A stretch of DNA of 64,000 bases from the human T2T-CHM13v2.0 reference genome, Homo sapiens, in assembly GCF_009914755.1 (NCBI RefSeq), contig NC_060937.1; one strand, given 5' to 3'. Made by a program: the position numbers and the translations under genes. Under the pieces are notes generated by a model. It was not told where the DNA came from. It was given only the letters and a program-made list of their open reading frames with translations, and did no database searches. Shown piece after piece: positions 26,783 through 39,420 of this stretch (its first letter is position 1; every line of letters begins with the position of its first letter).

Positions 26783-28275
26783 TGTTACAGGATATTTAGG
26801 ATGTCACTTCAACAACTGGAAACCTCTGTGGCTGGTGGTGCCTCTGTTTGGGATTTGCTTGTACCTGCTGGGCTATTTCCGCCCACAAGGCCTGGCAGGC
26901 TGTGCTTGGCTGGTGTTACTGGCTGGATCTCATGCTTGCCAAGGGTGAGCCAGGGATGGAGCAGCAAGGGGTGTGTGAGCGAGTGAGTAGAGGGTCAGGG
27001 CACTGTGCACGGCCAGGCACACTGGCTGTGGCAGAGAAGGCAGCTCCAGGTGCTGGCACAGTCACTGGTTCCATGTGAGGCTGCAGCTGGACCAGATTTG
27101 CCACAAGTGGCTTCCACTGTGAGCACCAGCATCTGGTCTGGACAAGGGGCACACAGTGGTGCCCAAAAGCTTGGAAATTCCAGGAACCACAGAGCCCCAA
27201 AGAGGTTGTCACAGACCTGGCTCAGGGACCCCCAAGGTCTGGGCTTGCAGAAGAGCTGCAGCTCCTCTCTCCTCCTCATGGCCTGCATCATAGCAAGTGA
27301 GCAGGGTGTGAGTGTTTCATCCCTGTTTGTGTACATCTCCTTCAGTCCTGCCATTCTGTGTGTCCTGAGTTCTTGTCTTGTGTCCAGGAAGAACGAGGTA
27401 CACAGAGAAGTTGGGGGTGAACAAGGTGGAGAGGAGCTTCACTGAGCAACAGAACAGCTCTCAGGAGACTTGAAGTGGCTAGCTCCTTCCTGCAGCTGGT
27501 AGTCCCCAAGTCTGTGTGTCTGACTGAGTCTAGGGATTTTATGAGCTCAGAAGGGATTGGCCCATGGATGGCCATGGGCAGGCCTGGAAAAAGCACCATA
27601 AATTCTCACTCCAGCCCCCAATTCCACTCTGAACTGGCAGCCTGGCCTCTAGGCTTCAGGTGGTCCCTGGCTTGAAGGTGAGGTTTCACTGGACCCACTC
27701 CCTTCTGCCCAGGAACCTGTCTGCCTCCTGCCAACAACATGCTGTCCACAGTGCCCAGGCTCTTTGTGCAGAAAGGTGCCTGGAAGCCTGGACTGAGCTG
27801 CCCTTAGCAGCCCCAGGCCTCCCTCCCATGCACATTGGTGCCCAAAGTCTGGAGGAGACAGAGGTGGCAGACGGCTGGTGTGTCAGCACCACCACAAGGG
27901 CATGTGCACCCAGCCAGATTGCAACAGTGCCCAGACTTGGCCACAACTTTGCTCCAAAATCAGAATGGAGCCGAGAGTGAGGAGAGGCCAGGGAGCCGGA
28001 GTAGGCACTTCAAAGCCTGCAAGGGCTGGGCAGTGTTGGGGGAGAGTTCCTGGGCCCCCAAGAGCACAGGAAGGCCAGGTTGTGGAGCTGCAGCTGGGGG
28101 ACTGCAGCTGTGCCCAGGAGCACAGGGCTTCCACCCCTCCAACTCAGTAGAGGCTGGGGCTCCTGCCTTTCCTGGCCCCTGCCGGTTCTGCGGAGCACAC
28201 AGCCCTGGCTATGCCTCCCCTGCTGCAGCTGGTGTCTTCACAGCTGCTGTTCCAGGTGGGCTGCCACAGCCATCA
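26783..28275 (-). mobile_element. MER52A-like ERV1 solo LTR (~1.5 kb, GC-rich)
   Basis: Reverse complement starts tgatggctgtggcagcccacctggaacagcagctgtgaagacaccagctgcagcaggggagg and ends tgtaaca; near-TSD attt/actt. Confidence 0.88.
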
Positions 28276-28419
28276 ACTTGAAACTGTTTCTGTCTTTAAA
28301 AAATGTATTGAATAACCTCCATTATGCTTCAAGATTCCCTTTGTCAAAGCAAAAAGCTAAACAGGCAAGGAAGACTTTATGTAAACCTATTTTAATAAAG
28401 GGAGAGACAAACAAATAAG

Positions 28420-28930
28420 TTTGTTCAAGATCCCTTCAGGAGGACTCTTCCAGTATCCTATGTATTATGAAGGTTTCCATCTGTGGCTACTTGCGAATAT
28501 TTATTATTTCTAGTCGTTTTTAGAAATACTTTTTCCACTGCTTTCTGATGGTCTTCTCTCTACCACTGGGTATTTCCTCTTAGACAAGTAAAGTTCAGTA
28601 TTTTCCCAAACACCTAAGGGAACCATCTGCTCTCTTTCTATGTACTTCTACCTTCTTTGTTCTTATGCCCCACAAATTCTAGCTTCCTTGGTCTCCAATA
28701 ACTTTTCAACTTGTCAATGTTCCTGGGCTCTGTTTGTGTTTTCCTTTTCTTTACTGCTCTGTAGAAATTAGCTACTAATTTCTAAGCCGAAGCAATCATC
28801 AGGTTCCTCTCATTTGTTTCTGTTGCCTCAAGGATCATCGGAGTGTGCTGCCTATTATCCAATGCCCCCAAATCATTCTTTAATATATTATTTATGATTA
28901 TTGTATTTCTGGTTTTTTCTACTATGAAGA
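28420..28930 (-). mobile_element. Ancient L1ME 5'-region fragment
   Basis: aaattctagcttccttggtctcc...ctcatttgtttctgttgcctcaaggatca...ctgcctattatccaatg resembles antisense L1MEc-type 5' end. Confidence 0.55.
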
Positions 28931-30712
28931 AAAACATCTGACATGCTTTTTCCCTCTCAATTATTTTTAGCTACAATTAAAAGCTCATGATAAATTGAAT
29001 GCAAAGAGGATTATTTATTACAGTGACAGTGTTTTGGAATTATACAATATTACATTTCTGAGTTTTTATTATTTGTAAACCATATTAAATAATGTAGTAT
29101 TAATTTTGGGACATGTCTAGTGATTATAATACCTTAATGATAACGATGAGCACATCTAATGTTGTGCTTAGTAGTAATAGAACAAAGAACAAAACATCTA
29201 ATATTTGTTTCTTTAGATATCAAGTATATATTTGCATGTTTGGATTCAACCTCCCAGAAGAGACAAGAGACAAGGCAAGTGATAGACTCTTGGTTGAGCT
29301 TCAAAGTGGCCTCTCTATGTTATAAAATGTAAACTCTTATTGAAGTACCTTACAGCTTTTCCTCCAACAGTAGTTGAATGCTTTTAGAGCAATTTTAAAA
29401 AAAAATTCTGTCTCTTTAAAATACAATATTTAAATTTAAATACTTGAAATAGCTTTTTGTGACATATATCATCACATATTGCTGCCATTTAAATTGGAAA
29501 CCAGTGATATACATGCATGTTCTTGAAGTTTTATGTTTGCCGTGTTAAAAATTATATGAAAAATCAAAACCACTATTTTTAAAAAATCTTATGTAACAGG
29601 TACAAAAAGTACCTGTTCTGAATCTGTTCTATGTTATGCAAAAGTAAACCTGAAGTTAAAAGTTTAGAAAATTTAAAATATAATAAAATAAAATAAACAA
29701 AAATTATAATTATTTAAAAATTTGTAAAATTATTGTTGATGTATTAGTAATTGAATTAATGTATAGTGAAGTAATCTATTTAGTTGAGAGAGACTTGAAA
29801 AAAATAAACAAGCAGGTATTTTAACTGTCAATCATCATTTTATAATGAAGAGATTATCTACCTTCAAAAAAATACCCAGTTAAAATTCTGCTGTCAAATA
29901 ATATGCAAACTATCAGCTCACTTATTGAGTACTTACAAGTAATTGCCTTCTTTCTTTAGCCAACACATATGGGGTTGAAGATTTTTCAGACAAAATATTT
30001 CTTAGGTATATTTATGTGTTGGGGAGCACGGTGGTGTTTAAGATTGCAAAGAGAATTTGTGTTCAGTTTGTATGCATTATTTCTAAAGGACTTCAAAGCA
30101 TCAGTCATTTTTGATTATTTATATTGTACCCATTACCTCCTAATTTCTCTTTCCCACTTTTCTTTCTTTGCTACCCCATAAATCTGTCCTCTTACATAAT
30201 ACTCATTTTTCACTTAAAGCATTATCAGGATGTTCCTTTTTCCTCTATTCAAGTAGTACTTCTACAAAGTATTCCTAAGGCCTTCTGCTTATTATAGACT
30301 AAGCTGTCTCAGGGTTCTCTATGTTCCCAACTTACTAGCATAATTTTCCATTGCTACAGCTTCCAGCACTTTAAAAACACAGAAAACACAATGACATTAA
30401 CTGTTACTTGAGAAAATCCAAGTATCCAAAATGGCAATGCATTACAAAAGTTAGCTTAGCTACAGACTATTACCCTGACCCCAGTAAACCACAATAACCT
30501 TAAAGTCAGTTTATGAAGCCATTGCTCCTTTGGGCAGATTTTTAAAGTAATCACACTAAAAAATCTATATAAATTAATAAACAGATTGAAATAAGTTATT
30601 TATTTACATTAATACATATGCATATAAGTGAATGGGAAATGTATGTTACCTGCTCAGGCATCCTTTCTATGAATTCAGTTGTATATAGCAAATAAAACTA
30701 TGTAAGTAATCA

Positions 30713-30941
30713 CATAGTTCTCCCCATCCATGGTTTCATTTTCTTTGGTTTCACTTGCCAATAGTCAATGAGAAGGGTGAGTGCACCAGAATAAGACATT
30801 TTGAGAGACAGAGAGTGATATCATGTTCACATAACTTTTACTGCAGGATTTTGTTAGAATTGTTCTATTTTATTATTAGATATTATTAATTTCTAACTGT
30901 ACCTAATCTATAAATTATACTTTTTCATAGCTATGTATGTA
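30713..30941 (+). mobile_element. MER44 (Tigger7 family) element
   Basis: gggtgagtgcaccagaataagacattttgagagac...ttcacataactttta...ctatgtatgta. Confidence 0.8.
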
Positions 30942-31187
30942 TAGTAGTTCCTCCTTATCCGCATTTTGCCTTTTGTGGTTTTAGCTACTCATGGTCAACT
31001 GCAGCCCCAAAATATTAAATGAAAATTATCAGATATAAAAAATGTCTATGTTTTAAATTGTGTGCCATTCTGAGCAGAGTGATGAAATCTCTCTCTGTAA
31101 AAGGGAATCCACACTGCCTACATTACCTGCTTGTTTTTCACTTAGCAGCTGCCTCAGTTATCAGATCAAAAAATGTAGTATATATAG
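30942..31187 (+). mobile_element. Second MER44/Tigger7-family element inserted at a TA of the first
   Basis: New TIR tagtagttcctccttatccgc...ggtcaactgcagccccaaaatattaaatg...gttatcagatc. Confidence 0.8.
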
Positions 31188-31189
31188 TT

Positions 31190-31209
31190 TATATATATGT
31201 GTATATATA

Positions 31210-31253
<44 letters not shown>
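31190..31253. repeat. Compound (TA)n/(TG)n microsatellite
   Basis: Seen directly. Confidence 0.95.
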
Positions 31254-31256
<3 letters not shown>

Positions 31257-31414
31257 TACTAAATGTAGTATATATAAATATCAAGTGATGATTGTTGTTT
31301 TTTCACTTTTAAGGTGTGGAGTACTAGTGCTCATTAACTTAGCCCATGTACTACAGTGAGAACTTGCCTCCTATTATTGTGTTTAAGGCATATTTAAATA
31401 TCTTGACGGAGCTA

Positions 31415-31552
31415 ATGTTAATAATACATGTCACTTACATTTGCCAGACAATAATTGCTGTACATGTAATTTATTCATATAATATTTGTAAAAATTACTT
31501 GAGGTAAATCACTATTATTACTTTCATTGTACAAATAAGAATATTGAAGTGT
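31415..31552 (-). mobile_element. MIR fragment
   Basis: tgaggtaaatcactattattactttcattgtacaaataagaatattgaag resembles the antisense MIR core. Confidence 0.55.
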
Positions 31553-31601
31553 GTATTATTTAAAATTTAGTTTTATCTCTTGACATTTTGATTTTGTTTC
31601 T

Positions 31602-31938
31602 CTAAAAATGTACTTTCCAACACGGTAAGCACAAGTTACTTTAGCACTTGAGGACTTAAAATGTGACTGACTAAATCAAGATTTTCTCTAAATGTAAAAA
31701 CCACAGCAGATTTCAAAGATTTAGTATTAAAAGTCTAATTTTTACATCAGCTACATATTTAAATGAAAATGTGAATATATTTTCTATAATATATTAAATA
31801 TGCATTTTAATAAAATGTTCTTAAAATTTATTTAACTTTTTTTACTTATTGTTAAAATGTGGACTTAGACTTCAAATTGCATGTCTGACTTGCCTTTCTG
31901 GCTAGTATTATATTTCTATTGGATAAGAAAGCTATAGA
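31602..31938. mobile_element. MER33 (hAT-Charlie)
   Basis: gacttaaaatgtgact...aaatgtaaaaaccacagcagatttcaaagatttagta...tattatatttctattgga. Confidence 0.75.
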
Positions 31939-32814
31939 TATTTCAAAATACATTTTTAATGTATCAGAACATATGACAAAATAATTCATTTCCATTTTTC
32001 ATCACACTTCTGTGTTCCATTTACCTTCTACCTATGCTACAAACTCATTTCATTGCATTTATATATTTACCATCAGTAGGGGTTGTGCTGTAAACTTTCA
32101 TTACCTTATTACCCTGCCTGACTCCTGCTTTTAGAAGCTGGAAACCCTGAGGCACTGGCAGGCATTTCTCTGAGCTCTCTTGTCTTTCGCATTTGGCAGC
32201 TGAGACCCCAGAGTCCTTTCTATGGTTTCTTCAGGTTCTCTCTCAGCTGACTCTTCTGATGAAAGCCTTTGGAATACTTACCTGGGAAACTCAGTGATGA
32301 TCTGCGAGAATGTCAACCTCCTCCTTCACTGGCATGAGGAATTCAATGAAATCTGGCTGATTTCTCCTTTCTGTCATCTGTGTAAGGGACTCATTTTCAT
32401 CCCACCATCTCACCATGTAAAGACAAATGAAATTCAAATATTTTCTGTGGAGGGATTTTTATTTTCCTGACATTTAGTTCATTATGATTTATTTGTTTTT
32501 CAGCTTTCTAACAGGTTTTCAAAAACTGCTATTTTGTAGCTTTTCTGGCTTTTGAAAATTTTGTTTTTAATTAGCGTAAGATTGATGATCTCATGCTGCT
32601 TTCTATATCCTGACTGGCAACAAATGTTCACATGTTTATAATTGTGTAGGATATGTATCAATTTGGCCTAAACATTTTAATTGATTTTTTTTGGATTGTA
32701 ATAAAGAAAATACCGTATCTTGGACAGTGGTATTTTAAATGTTAGCCTTACAACCCAGAAAAAATGGCAAAACTTGACATCAAATCAAAGTGATAACATG
32801 AATTTTAGATACAC

Positions 32815-33010
32815 ACATGGTTGAGTCAGACAGAGCTGTATCTAAAGTACCAATCAGCTTATTTCTGTTAATGAAACCCAGAAATCGAGATCTAAGTATT
32901 GCAGATCTTACTTTCCTTATCTTAATGTTGTATGTAAGGGTAGCACTTGACTCATAGGGTGATTATGAAACAAAAATAATAATTAATGTAAAGTTCTTAT
33001 AAAAGTATTA
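32815..33010 (+). mobile_element. MIR fragment
   Basis: gagtcagacagagctg...actcatagggtgattatga...aatgtaaagttctt. Confidence 0.6.
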
Positions 33011-36000
33011 ATTGCATATATAACATTTTACATAGACAGACCCAACACACATGAATAAACACACATAAAAAGTAACAATATTTGATTATGTAAATCCTAA
33101 ATGAATAGGAATTCTGAATTGCATTTGTTACATAGTACTGCACCTAGAAGAAGGAATGAATTCACATAAGCTGCTGTGTGCAAGGATTTGAAGTTGAAGG
33201 CAGAAAGGTACTTAGCTGTGATAGACTGAGGTCTAGTTTATTCAGGATTCTACAGGTCTTTAATTTGTTATGATGGTGATGTGGGTGAGTGGCGATGGAT
33301 GGTGATGGGTAAGCTTCCTTAAAGGAGCATATAAAAGTGAGAGGTAGTATGTATGGTTTAACATTTTATATTTAATATCAAAATATAATTTTTCATTTTG
33401 AAAATAAAGCATAGATCTATTCATATTTTATAATGAAATATAGAAAATTAAACTCCCCTGATTATTTTGTGTAGTGAAGATTATCAGAGAAACATTCTTT
33501 TTTTGGAAATCCGAGTAGCAAATCTGTGAAGTTTGGTATGGGTTGCAGCTATCAGAATTTCCTTGACGTGTAAACACTTTAATAGTTATTAGAGTGTGGT
33601 ATAATATTAAAGAATTGAGAAAATTCAATCATGGGACAGTTATTAATTTTTTTTATCATATTGAAAAAAATCACATGTAAAATTTAGATGACCAGAAAAT
33701 AAGAATAAGAATTCTTTTGAGGGGTGGGGGCAGAAATTCCTATTCCTACTGCTACAAAGACTTGGATTCCTCTTTTGTGACAAAAAATTATTTCAGCTGT
33801 TCTTGATTAATATACTTGAATCACTTACAGAGTCACATAGTGAAAAGAACTCACACAATTGCTCATGGTATTCTTATTTCAGGCTCTTATAAAGTTGAAG
33901 AATATGGTACAACAGGAAAATGAAAATGAAAGCTAACAATGAGAACACAAGAGCAATCCAGTAGCAGCTCCCTAATGTTTTCTCAGCTGCATGGTACACT
34001 TCAGCTTTGAGTTAATTTAGGACAAACTTTACAGAAGGGTTTTTGAGGTCCGCACTGGCCATATAGTTGAACTAGACTGCATAATGGGTTAAACCAGGAA
34101 TGAGCCATTAATTTTAATCCATACATCCCTCAAAAAGTTAAGCTATACTCAGTTATGTTCAAACTTCAGGCTTTAAACAAAATATTATCAACCATGATGT
34201 CCATGATATCTTTATCCTGGCCAAGTGTCATTACCAGACTTCTAGATGTCTGGAGACAAACACAGGGTTGTACCAGTCCATCTGTAAGACAATTCTATCT
34301 CACACAAAATTCGACTATGTTTTCAGGTGATTCACAAACATATTTTAGGTCATCTGTTCTTTAGTAAAACGTGGCTCTCTGCTGAACCTACTCTTTATCT
34401 TGCAGTCCTTTAAAGGAGAAATATTCTGAGACACAGAATTTCTGAAATTCATGATCAAGATACGGGTGTCACTGTCTCAGTGGCCTTGCATATGCAATCT
34501 TAACATTCGGAAAAACCATCCTTCAATCATAAATAGTGATCTTTTGAATATTATCTCCACTTAAGGACCTCCAAATCATGAGTAGGACTGATGTCACAAG
34601 CACATTTCTTACCAAGAAGATAGTGTACCTATGGGACATTGCCTAATTTATACTGAAGTGAAAAAAGCACGTGAGTTCAAACATGTTCCTCATTACAAGA
34701 GAAAGAAAATGGAAAGAGATGAAGAAGATGCCAATTCAAATTATTAAAAACAAAATATGTAACTTAGAGAAAAAGGAAGTAATATATAAGAATTGAAATA
34801 AAGAAAACTAAAAAACTAAAAGTATTACTAGCAAGTGAGAAAAAAAGAAATGTGGTCTAGATAATTAAAAAGCCACGTTTGGTAGATGACTTTAGGTAAA
34901 ACTCATATAAACTAAGCTTATTTTCCTCAAATAATTCATAAAACAAGCAAAACTATCAAATATCCTGTGAAAATTATACTAAATTTCCCCAGGAAAAGTA
35001 ATTATGGGAAAATGCTCAAAACAATATTGAAAAAGAGGTGTAATATACAATGGGGGAATCTTGTCATGGCATATATGAAAACATTTTGTGATGTTGTAAT
35101 ATTGAAAGCATTTTGGTTTTGTACAAAAAGCTGATAGATTTATGAAAGATAACACTTTTGCAAGGACACTATTATATATCTACCAATACTTAAAAAATGC
35201 AAATTTACAATAACCCCACAGCTTCATTCTTATAAATACTAGGAAATCTGGTGGTCAAATGGAGAGGATCCTGTGAATGTTTTGGAATTTTTTTTTTTTA
35301 AGTGCGTGCATGAGAAGCCCAAGCAAGAATCCTCTCAAGTGAATTTGTTATGTTTTCGTTATAGGTGGAGCTGTTCTGACACTTGAGTGAGTTGCTTAGG
35401 TCATAAATGTATATTAGTGGGAAAAAAGCACCTGAAAGGATTTAAAAAATCCTACAATAGAACAACATTCACAGAATACTAATCTTTATACAAAATATAC
35501 ATGAAGTTCTAGGACGGGTAGCATCCTACTATACCATTCAAGTAAAAGTGAATTTAACATATACATCAACACAGTTAACCAAGCCAAATGAATATTGAGT
35601 TATTTATCAAATATAATAATTTTCGCAGGAACTATATTATTTTGGTGTAATATGCTAGAATAGATGATGATCATATCAGTTACACTATTTTAATTGTAGA
35701 GGTCTTTAAAATTGTTTAGTTCAATTAATAATTAAAAAAAGATATTGAGCCAAACCATTGCCTAAGCTATATGGTTGGTAGGGCAAATAGCTGATGTCAT
35801 GTCATCGGACTTATATCAAATGTGAGATTTTATCCCAATTCCTCCAACAGCATAATCTATGAATACCTTATTTTCTTCCTTTTATGAAAATATTGGTGTC
35901 AGCTGAAAATATGCATTGATCTATAATACCAAAAATATTTTTGGAGAAAACTCAACAACAAAACTGCAGCCAATCTTTTTTTTTTTTTTAATCAAGTGCT

Positions 36001-37884
36001 TGAGTTGGATAACATTTAGGCAATTTGGAAAGCTGCATTAAGTGTTTTAGGGTTTATGAGTCCCACACTAATGCTGTAACACGTCAAATAGCATTTCTGT
36101 AACCTGGAATAACTGATCAGACTGCCCAAATTGAGATATATTCCTCACAGGCCCAGAAGAAGATGTTTTAAGGTGTTCTAAAATTTCACTCTTTTTAAGT
36201 ATGTAGCTATTTTCTGCGTCATTTTCTATTTTTGGTAGAGACAAATATGAAGGCAGTTTAGTAGTGGTAGTAGTAGTAAAAGTATTAGTATTTAGTAAAA
36301 AGAAGCAGAGTTTTTGTTTCAAGTTATTACATTATTAATATAATAATGTAGTTTTCATTTTCTTATAGAAGTCACTTGTAAATAGTATATTTTACATATA
36401 GTTTACTCTTAGTGTTCTCCCTGGAAATCAATAATACCTTCATTAATGCATAAAATTTTTATTCTCATTTATATTGATTCTACCTAATATATAGTCATCT
36501 GTTTCATATATAATATTTTAAAGAATATACATATTGCATATAAATTGGAAGCCCAAACTTTATGATTAAGATATACTTTGCTTATACATTTAATTTTATG
36601 CATATATTTATATTTATATAATTATGCATAAAGTTGCATATTTATATATATGTATCTATAAATCCCTGCTAATTAAAGATCCAAATTTGTTACATTATTG
36701 CTATTCGAGTAACATGTTTAGTTGTTTTTACATGATAGCTATTTATTCAATCAGTTAACATCATGTATGCTTAACAATAAATTAAATAAATATTAAGCGG
36801 GTAGGTAACACAAAATTGTAATAGTCTATTATATGTTTCAGAAATACCCACTTCTATAATTTCATTACCATCAGTTGCATACATAGCTTGTATTATAGAA
36901 AATTACTATCTTTCTGAAAATAACCCTTGCATGTCCCAAATTTCAAAAACATTAATATCTGGGTTTCAGCATGAACAAGGATGATGTGTGTGTATTATTA
37001 ATTATGATGACTGTGAATAAATTAATAAAATTGTGTTAAATGGGAAGTGTATACCTACTAACCAAAAGAATGTAAAGGATTCTTGAGTATTGAAACCTAA
37101 TAGGGTTGGATAAACAGAATTTGCATAATGTAGCCCAAGTAATTCACCGAAAAAAAACTGCGGGGGTGCTGCACAGCAGGGCCCTACATGCGCAGCCACT
37201 AGGGAACCCAACCAGCAACAGGCTACCCAAGTTATCTAGACCCATCACTCAGCTTTCTCCAAAAAACGAAAGGTCTTATTAGGCTCTGCACATTACAGGA
37301 AACTTACCAAGCTAACTGAATGAATCAATTTAGTCTTTCATTCAAACTGAATGAATGAAAACGAAATATAAATAAACATCAAAGTTTTAACTTTTAAAAA
37401 GGCAGTAATTTATGTTTAATTTTTTATTCATGTAGATTTGAAGCATCTGGACTATCATTTAGGTAAATAAATATTAGCTGTGTAAATGAACCAACAAAAT
37501 ACTGAGCAACTAATATTGTAGACATAGTACTAATTCAGAAATTAGAGGAAAATATTTAAAATATATCTAATAGATTTGGCAATACTAAGAAAGTGCACAC
37601 ATAATAAAGGTTTTTGAAATCTAAAAATATGATAGCTACAATAAAAATGGAAATGTTTAGCAAGAGAATTAAAATGGCTAAAAGACGAATTAACAATAGG
37701 AAGGGAAGTTGAAGCCTCTTTCTGATATACATACATATGACTTTTAGAATATTTGAGATTAAACTGGTGAAAGAGATCCAGCACCACTATTTTGAAGGTC
37801 ATCTAAACTCCACGTAACATCACTAATGAGTTCTTCATTGCCAAGAGAAGAACCATTCTGAGTTGCATCTCCATATTCTCATAT

Positions 37885-38462
37885 TAGAGTCTGGTACCAA
37901 AAATATTGGTTTCCTGGGAAATAGACACTTAGAATAAAATGCATGCAAAAAAATTGATTGAGGCATTTCCTTAAAATACACAAGATTAGGCAGATGAAAA
38001 AAACTGACTTGAAACTTGGTGGCAAATGAACCCTTGTATGATCCAGTGGGGGCTACAGAGGTAAGATAGCAATTCAGAGTTGTATCAAAATGAGGTAGTA
38101 CTCCCATGCTACATTGCCTAGGGTCTATGCCCAGTGGTGTACTGTTAAATCTTATATTCAAAAGAAACAAAAAGAAAAAAAAAGCTGTGATTTGCATGGC
38201 TGATTTTAAGCTATCAACAAGTTAGCAACTGGTTAGCCAAATTTCTCAATATTTAAGAAGTTGGTATTCTTGGTCATCAGGAGCTTGCTCCAGCACACCA
38301 CTGGGCCTAATCTTCAGGGAGGTAGACCCTTGTGGCCTGGGGCAAATCCCAGTGAGGGTTGCAGTTGCCAGCCATCTGCCTGCAGTATTCTTAGCAGCTG
38401 GCAGATGGGCGTCTCAGCATTGAGGATGGAATCAGATTTTGTAGGCGTAGTCCTCACTACAT
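37885..38462 (-). mobile_element. LTR16-like ERVL LTR, interrupted by MER63
   Basis: ggtttcctgggaaatagacac...gcatgcaaaaaaattgattgagg; ggggcaaatcccagtgaggg...cagctggcagatgggcgtctcagc. Confidence 0.55.
38131..38304. mobile_element. MER63A (hAT-Blackjack)
   Basis: TIRs ccagtggtgtactg / cagcacaccactgg; internal catggctgattttaagcta. Confidence 0.8.
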
Positions 38463-38864
38463 TCTCAATTGCTTATCCTTCTGACAATTTGACAATCGTA
38501 AACTCTTTTAATATTTACATTGTTCTTGTAAGCTTTATTATCTCTGTTGAAAAGGAAACCATATGTAGACTTCACAACAGGCAGAATTCTATGTATGAAT
38601 TATGGAAAATAACATAAACAATAATTCTTAGACAACCAAATCTTTAGAAGCCATAAAAAGAAGATATTAAAGTAGGTCAGCTTATTGTAGTATGTTACTG
38701 TCATTACTGGAAGTTTTCAAGTAGTGACTATTTTGCAATTTTATGGAATATTTTCATGGATATTTGTGTGTAGAGCAGATAATTTCTAAGGTAACTACTG
38801 TGAAGCAAAGAAACACTACAATAATAGGCAAATGCTAGACTCTTTTTTATATCAATCATTCGAC

Positions 38865-38923
38865 AAGGAAGGAAGAAAGGAAGCAAGGAAGGAAGCAAGG
38901 AAGGAAGGAAGGGAAAGAGGGAG
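38865..38923 (+). repeat. (GGAA)n-like purine tract
   Basis: aaggaaggaagaaaggaagcaaggaaggaagcaaggaaggaaggaaggg. Confidence 0.9.
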
Positions 38924-38924
38924 G

Positions 38925-39333
38925 CAAATGTGCCCAATAATCCCATAGACAGTTGTTTTTAGATAAACATAGAAATGGATCCACCTGTTGTTAAAGATCG
39001 ATATTTGTATTTGTTTTATCTGAGCTCCTTCCTCAGGAAAGGACATTCACACCTCTCCCAAAAGTATTAAAGAACTGAAACTCACCAGATCACCACACCA
39101 GATGCCTCCTTGCTCCTCCCTAGTTCCTGTTTTCTTACACATTGTTACATTTCTTCCCTGCTATAAAACCCCCTAGTTTTAGTCAGGGAGATGGGTTTGA
39201 GACTCAGCTCCCATCTCCTCCGCTGCAGCATCCTATTAAAGCCTACTTCCTGGCAATACTTGTCATCTCAATGATTGACGTTCCGTGTGATGAGCGACAG
39301 AACCTAACCCAAAACCTTGATTTTTCAGTAGCA
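38925..39333 (+). mobile_element. ERV solo LTR (LTR47/MER66-like; family uncertain)
   Basis: gcccaataatcccataga...aactgaaactcaccagatcacc...TATA-like ctataaaa at ~39161, attaaa polyA signal, ends ttcagtagca. Confidence 0.7.
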
Positions 39334-39420
39334 GAAAGAAGGAAGGAAGGGAAGGAGGGAGGGACAGAGGAAGGGAGAAGAGAAGAAAGGAAGAAAAAGA
39401 TAAAGAAATAAAGATAAAAA
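39334..39420 (+). repeat. GA-rich purine tract
   Basis: gaaagaaggaaggaagggaaggagggagggacagaggaagggagaagag... Confidence 0.9.

Noticed and set aside
26801-28418. Cluster of 60-148 aa ORFs on both strands
   Set aside because: Almost entirely within the GC-rich MER52 LTR, where stop codons are rare; overlapping in several frames with no recognisable domain
29595-29617. 9-bp hairpin aacaggtac-aaaaa-gtacctgtt
   Set aside because: A few stems of this length are expected by chance in 64 kb
35352-35393. Possible micro-exon (ttttcgttatag|...|gtgagt)
   Set aside because: Such splice-like pairs are common by chance; no neighbouring exons or other support
36068-36322. 84-aa minus-strand ORF in apparently unique DNA
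   Set aside because: No recognisable homology, non-ATG start, low-complexity Thr run from a (TAG)n tract, and no splice context I can support
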